Shown: positions 59,791 to 64,000 of the stretch, one piece after another
Layout: each line of letters opens with the position of its first letter
Numbering within the stretch: the first letter of the stretch is position 1
NCBI GenBank assembly: GCA_964626855.1
Contig: CAZVKJ010000013.1
Span: 5,482 to 69,481, forward strand
DNA: 64,000 nt
Direction of reading: 5' to 3'
Source: an uncultured Bacteroidales bacterium
Lineage (GTDB): Bacteria; Bacteroidota; Bacteroidia; Bacteroidales; CAIWKO01
The notes under the pieces: model-generated
What the model saw: only the letters and a program-made list of their open reading frames with translations
Told to the model about the DNA's origin: nothing
Database searches by the model: none
Translations under genes and position numbers: made by a program

Positions 59791-62700
59791 GTTTTCAAAC
59801 AAAAAAGAATTAGAACTTTTGCTTGATGCATTGAAAAACAACTTAACCAAAGGGCACCTGTTTATTGACGATTCTGATGAGAACAATGGCTCAATTATTT
59901 CTGATCAAAATCTGCCCGGGGAAGTGAAAAAATTCTTCAATGATAATGCTATTAAGCCTTACAAAATTCTTAATGACTTACCCGTACCCTTCTTCATAAA
60001 AGATAAAAACTGCGGCTGGTTTTACATGAATAAAGCCTTCTGTGATTTTTTCGAATTAAATCCGTCTGATATTTATAGAAAAACCAGCCATGCAATTTTC
60101 CCAAAAAACAAGGCTGATTTGTTTTATAAACAGGATTGTAATGTTCTGCAAACAGGAAAAGAGTCTTCTCTTGAAATGGAAATTACAACCCCGGCAGGAA
60201 AAACCAGGTTCATTCAGGCTACCAAATCCTTGTTTAACGATATAAACAATATTCCCTATATAATTGGAACCTTTAATGAAATAACAGGATTTAAAGATAT
60301 TGAATCTGCCATTCAACTCGAAAAGACAGAACTGGAATCACAGGTTAAATCACGCACGGCACTGTTAAGTGCTACTGTTGAAAAACTACGTGAAGAAATC
60401 CTCCAGCGGGAAAAAACCGAACAGGCATTAATCCAGGAAGAAGACAAATTCCGAAGCGTTATTGAACAGGCGACAGATGGTATTGTAATTAATGACAATA
60501 AAGGCCGGATAATTGAATGGAACCAAAGTATGTTTGAGTTGACCGGGGTTAAAAAAGAACAGGCACTGGGAAAAAACAACTGGGATATAGAGTTTCAATT
60601 AATGAAACCCGAAAAAAAAACCGACGATTATTATAAGAACCTGCAAACTAACCTTTTAAAAACCCTTGGAAATGAATATATCCCTAAAAAAGCCCAAAAC
60701 TTTGAGGGTGAAATAATCAGAACAGATGGAAAACGAAAGTTTGTCAATATAACTACATTCCTGATTAAAACATCCAATTCTGTCTATCTTGGCCGAATCG
60801 CCAGAGATGTAAGCGAACAAAAAAAATCTGTCTTAGCCATCCAGCGTTCCGAAGCACAATACCGGGCTATTTTCGAAAGCTTCAGCCTCGCAATCCTGAT
60901 CATAAACCCTGAAAATTATAAAATTATGGCTGCCAATAAAAAAGCAGCTGACATATATAATTATCCTATTGACCAATTTAATGGCATGCTCCTGGAACAA
61001 ATAACAAAAGATTTTATCCTGGATGCCGGCCAGATTGAAATGATCTATAAAAAAAACAATCCAAAAGATCTTGAAACAATTCATCTTAGCCGTAATGGCG
61101 AAGAAATAAACATGATGGTCAACGGCTCTGTGGTTGAATATGGCGGTATTAAAGCCGTAATGACTTTCAACAGAAATATTACCGATCTTAAACAATTAGA
61201 GAAAGCCCGTGAAACCGTTTACAAAATCTCACAGCTTACACATACCGTCACTAACATTGATGATTTGTATAAGTCCATTCATATCATCATCAATGAAATA
61301 CTTCCGGCTAAAAACTTTTATATCGCCCTATATGACGAAACAAAGGATATGGTTTTTTTCCCATATTACGTTGATGAAAAAGACGCTGCCCCGCAAGCAC
61401 GAAGGCTCAGAAGAGGCCTTACCGAATATGTATTGAGGCATGGCAAACCTGTTTTAACAAGCCCGACCTTATTACGTCAGCTTGAAATGTCAGGCGAAAT
61501 AGAAGTTATCGGGTCCGATACTGACATATGGCTTGGTGCCCCATTGATCACCCACAATAAAGTGATCGGTGTCGTTGCCGTTCAAAGCTATTCTGAAGCT
61601 ACCATTTTTACCGAAACCGAAAAAGACATGCTTGTTTATGCTTCTGAACAGATTGCTCATCAGATTTACAAAAGGCAGGCTGAAGAAGAAATACTGCAGG
61701 GTAAGGCAAAAGCTGAAGAATCAGACCGACTGAAAACATCACTAATTGCGAATATGAACCATGACCTGAGAACTCCCATGACAGGTGTCCTCGGCTTTGC
61801 CTCGCTTCTTAAAAACCGTGTCAAGGATCCTGAATCTTTGAATATGATTGACACCATCATTGAGTCGGGTAATAAACTGATGTCAACAATTACTTCCATT
61901 CTACAGTTTTCGCAGATTGAAGCGAGCCAAAAACCTGTTGATTATATTACGGGCAGCCTGAGTAAATATGCTGAAATATCCATAAATCAATTTGAAAACA
62001 GGGCAAAACAAAAAAACTTGTATATCATCAGGCAATGCAATGATCCGGTATTCGCCACATTTAATGAAAATTACCTGATACAGATTCTCAATAATTTAAT
62101 AAGTAATGCGGTATCATATACGGAAAAGGGAGGCATGACTGTTAAAACCGGATATACCAGTTATCTTGAAAATGACTATGCTTTTATAAGCGTGGAAGAC
62201 ACAGGTATCGGGATTTCCGAAAATAATTTCAATTTAATTTTCCAGGAATTCAGGCAGGTAAGTGAAGGCTTGAACCGTAAATATGAAGGCAGCGGATTGG
62301 GATTATCACTCAGTAAAAAAATGGCCGAATCAATGGGCGGAAAAATATTAGTTGAAAGCGCAATTGGAAAAGGTTCGGTTTTTACCTTACTCTTACCTGT
62401 TTCATCTCCGCAATTATCCAGAAAACCCGAAAACGACTACAGCACATCTTACTATAAACTTAACGGGGCAATTAAAACCCGGTATAAAGTTCTCGTTGTT
62501 GAAGACAACAGAATCAACGGGGAATTAATCAGTGCCATGCTGAAGCAGGATTACGAAGTTGATATTGCCAAAACAGGTATTCTTGCTATCGAACTCGTAA
62601 AAAGAGGAAATTACGATATTATTCTGATGGATATCAACCTCGGTGTGGGAATGACCGGAATTCAGGCAGCAAAAGAAATCCACAGATTGAAAGGCGAATT

Positions 62701-62857
62701 ACCCATTGTTGCCATGACAGCCTACTCAACAGAAAAAGAAATTGATCAGATCATGAAGCATTCGTTTATTGGATTTGTCCTGAAACCTATCGACAAAACT
62801 GCTCTTTTTAAAGTTATGGAAAAATCAATAATAAAAAAAACTAACTCCGGCAAATAA
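59780..62857 (+). CDS. Cytoplasmic hybrid histidine kinase: 3 PAS, GAF, HisKA, HATPase, REC
   Basis: [11 protein letters not shown]...WLGAPL...[28 protein letters not shown]-terminal REC ILMDINL. Confidence 0.92.
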   Translation: MRYKFSNKKELELLLDALKNNLTKGHLFIDDSDENNGSIISDQNLPGEVKKFFNDNAIKPYKILNDLPVPFFIKDKNCGWFYMNKAFCDFFELNPSDIYRKTSHAIFPKNKADLFYKQDCNVLQTGKESSLEMEITTPAGKTRFIQATKSLFNDINNIPYIIGTFNEITGFKDIESAIQLEKTELESQVKSRTALLSATVEKLREEILQREKTEQALIQEEDKFRSVIEQATDGIVINDNKGRIIEWNQSMFELTGVKKEQALGKNNWDIEFQLMKPEKKTDDYYKNLQTNLLKTLGNEYIPKKAQNFEGEIIRTDGKRKFVNITTFLIKTSNSVYLGRIARDVSEQKKSVLAIQRSEAQYRAIFESFSLAILIINPENYKIMAANKKAADIYNYPIDQFNGMLLEQITKDFILDAGQIEMIYKKNNPKDLETIHLSRNGEEINMMVNGSVVEYGGIKAVMTFNRNITDLKQLEKARETVYKISQLTHTVTNIDDLYKSIHIIINEILPAKNFYIALYDETKDMVFFPYYVDEKDAAPQARRLRRGLTEYVLRHGKPVLTSPTLLRQLEMSGEIEVIGSDTDIWLGAPLITHNKVIGVVAVQSYSEATIFTETEKDMLVYASEQIAHQIYKRQAEEEILQGKAKAEESDRLKTSLIANMNHDLRTPMTGVLGFASLLKNRVKDPESLNMIDTIIESGNKLMSTITSILQFSQIEASQKPVDYITGSLSKYAEISINQFENRAKQKNLYIIRQCNDPVFATFNENYLIQILNNLISNAVSYTEKGGMTVKTGYTSYLENDYAFISVEDTGIGISENNFNLIFQEFRQVSEGLNRKYEGSGLGLSLSKKMAESMGGKILVESAIGKGSVFTLLLPVSSPQLSRKPENDYSTSYYKLNGAIKTRYKVLVVEDNRINGELISAMLKQDYEVDIAKTGILAIELVKRGNYDIILMDINLGVGMTGIQAAKEIHRLKGELPIVAMTAYSTEKEIDQIMKHSFIGFVLKPIDKTALFKVMEKSIIKKTNSGK

Positions 62858-64000
62858 TAAGATAATAAGACTTTTTACCTTTTTGTACGAGTATATATTT
62901 GTTGTTTAATAAATAAGTGCCGTCAATAATTTTCCCTTCTTCCATTTTCACTTTATTTATTGAAATACAGCCTTCTTTAAATAATCTGCGTGCTTCACTC
63001 CGTGATGGAAGGATATTGGTTTTCGCAGTCAGCATATCGCAGACCTCCATGCCTTTTTGAATTTCACCGGCTTCAATAAAACTTTGCGGGACTCCTTCAA
63101 AAACTGAAAGTATGGTGTCTTCATCCAGGGATCTGAGCATTTCTTCTGTTCCTTTACCGAATAAAATTTCGGATGCTCCTACAGCGGAATTATAATCTTT
63201 TTCGGAGTGCACACGTATAGTTATATCTTTTGCCAGCGCTTTTTGAAGCAGGCGTAAATGCGGCGCTTCCGTATGCTGACGAATCAAATCTTCCACCTCT
63301 TCTTTTGAAAAAAGCGTGAATATTTTTATATATTTCTCAGAATCCTCGTCAGAACAATTTAACCAAAATTGGTAAAATCTGTATGGTGATGTTTTTTGCG
63401 GATCAAGCCAGACATTGCCAGCCTCAGTTTTGCCAAACTTGCTTCCATCGGCCTTGGTGATCAACGGGCAAGTTATGGCAAAAGACTCCGTTCCGCCTTT
63501 ACGCCGGATCAATTCTGTTCCTGTAGTAATATTTCCCCATTGATCAGCTCCGCCCATCTGAAGTTTACAACCCTTATTAATATTCAGCCAGTAAAAATCA
63601 TAGCCCTGAACCAACTGATATGTAAATTCCGTAAAAGATATTCCGCTCCCTGCCTGCATTCTCTTCTGAACAGAATCTTTGGTCATCATATAATTGATGG
63701 TAATATGCTTCCCCACGTCACGTAAAAAACCTAAAAATCCGAAATCTTTCATCCAGTCGTAATTATTTACGATTTCAGCTTTGTTAGCAACATCCGAAAA
63801 ATCCAGAAACCTCTCAAGTTGCCTTTGAATGCCATGCTGGTTAAACCTCAGCGTTTCTTCATCAAGCAGGTTGCGCTCCTCAGATTTTCCCGAAGGATCA
63901 CCGATCATGCCGGTTGCGCCACCCACCAGGGCAATAGGCTTATGTCCGCATAGCTGAAAATGCTTCAGCATCATTATAGAAACCAGATGTCCTATATGTA
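62841..64000 (-). CDS. tyrS: Tyrosine--tRNA ligase (5'-partial)
   Basis: HIGH at 63998-63987, [26 protein letters not shown]-terminal S4-like domain; start lies beyond the window. Confidence 0.97.
   Translation of the reverse strand, partial: HIGHLVSIMMLKHFQLCGHKPIALVGGATGMIGDPSGKSEERNLLDEETLRFNQHGIQRQLERFLDFSDVANKAEIVNNYDWMKDFGFLGFLRDVGKHITINYMMTKDSVQKRMQAGSGISFTEFTYQLVQGYDFYWLNINKGCKLQMGGADQWGNITTGTELIRRKGGTESFAITCPLITKADGSKFGKTEAGNVWLDPQKTSPYRFYQFWLNCSDEDSEKYIKIFTLFSKEEVEDLIRQHTEAPHLRLLQKALAKDITIRVHSEKDYNSAVGASEILFGKGTEEMLRSLDEDTILSVFEGVPQSFIEAGEIQKGMEVCDMLTAKTNILPSRSEARRLFKEGCISINKVKMEEGKIIDGTYLLNNKYILVQKGKKSYYLIICRS

Overview
AT-rich chromosomal window from a Bacteroidota bacterium (probably Bacteroidales-like). 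Evidence: TAnnTTTG -7 promoter motifs before many genes, several type IX secretion (T9SS) C-terminal domains and a C25 gingipain-like protease. Housekeeping genes (tRNA-CAT, dusB, hisS, yidC, rpmH, rplU, rpmA, serS, rsmA, tgt, partial tyrS) alternate with accessory blocks. (1) A 5'-truncated, >2,870-aa beta-helix/CARDB T9SS surface protein and a 1,619-aa C25 protease with a dockerin-like/cohesin-like tail; the two share an unnamed Ig-inserted module. (2) A histidine ammonia-lyase-family enzyme with Ala-Cys-Gly in place of the Ala-Ser-Gly MIO triad. (3) A scrambled surface-glycan locus (N-acetyl sugar amidotransferase, HisH2/HisF2, methyltransferase, GT2, flippase, YfhO, DUF4834) interrupted by two paralogous Kelch-T9SS genes and a decayed second methyltransferase. 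(4) The best candidate for an undescribed system: a five-gene cluster of a TonB-dependent receptor, a YfiR-domain kinase whose sensor sits on a ~150-residue periplasmic coiled-coil stalk, a single-domain response regulator, a REC-7xPAS kinase and a 3xPAS-GAF hybrid kinase. No CRISPR array, transposase, integrase, phage gene or rRNA was seen. All calls come from reading motifs by eye; no database search was run.
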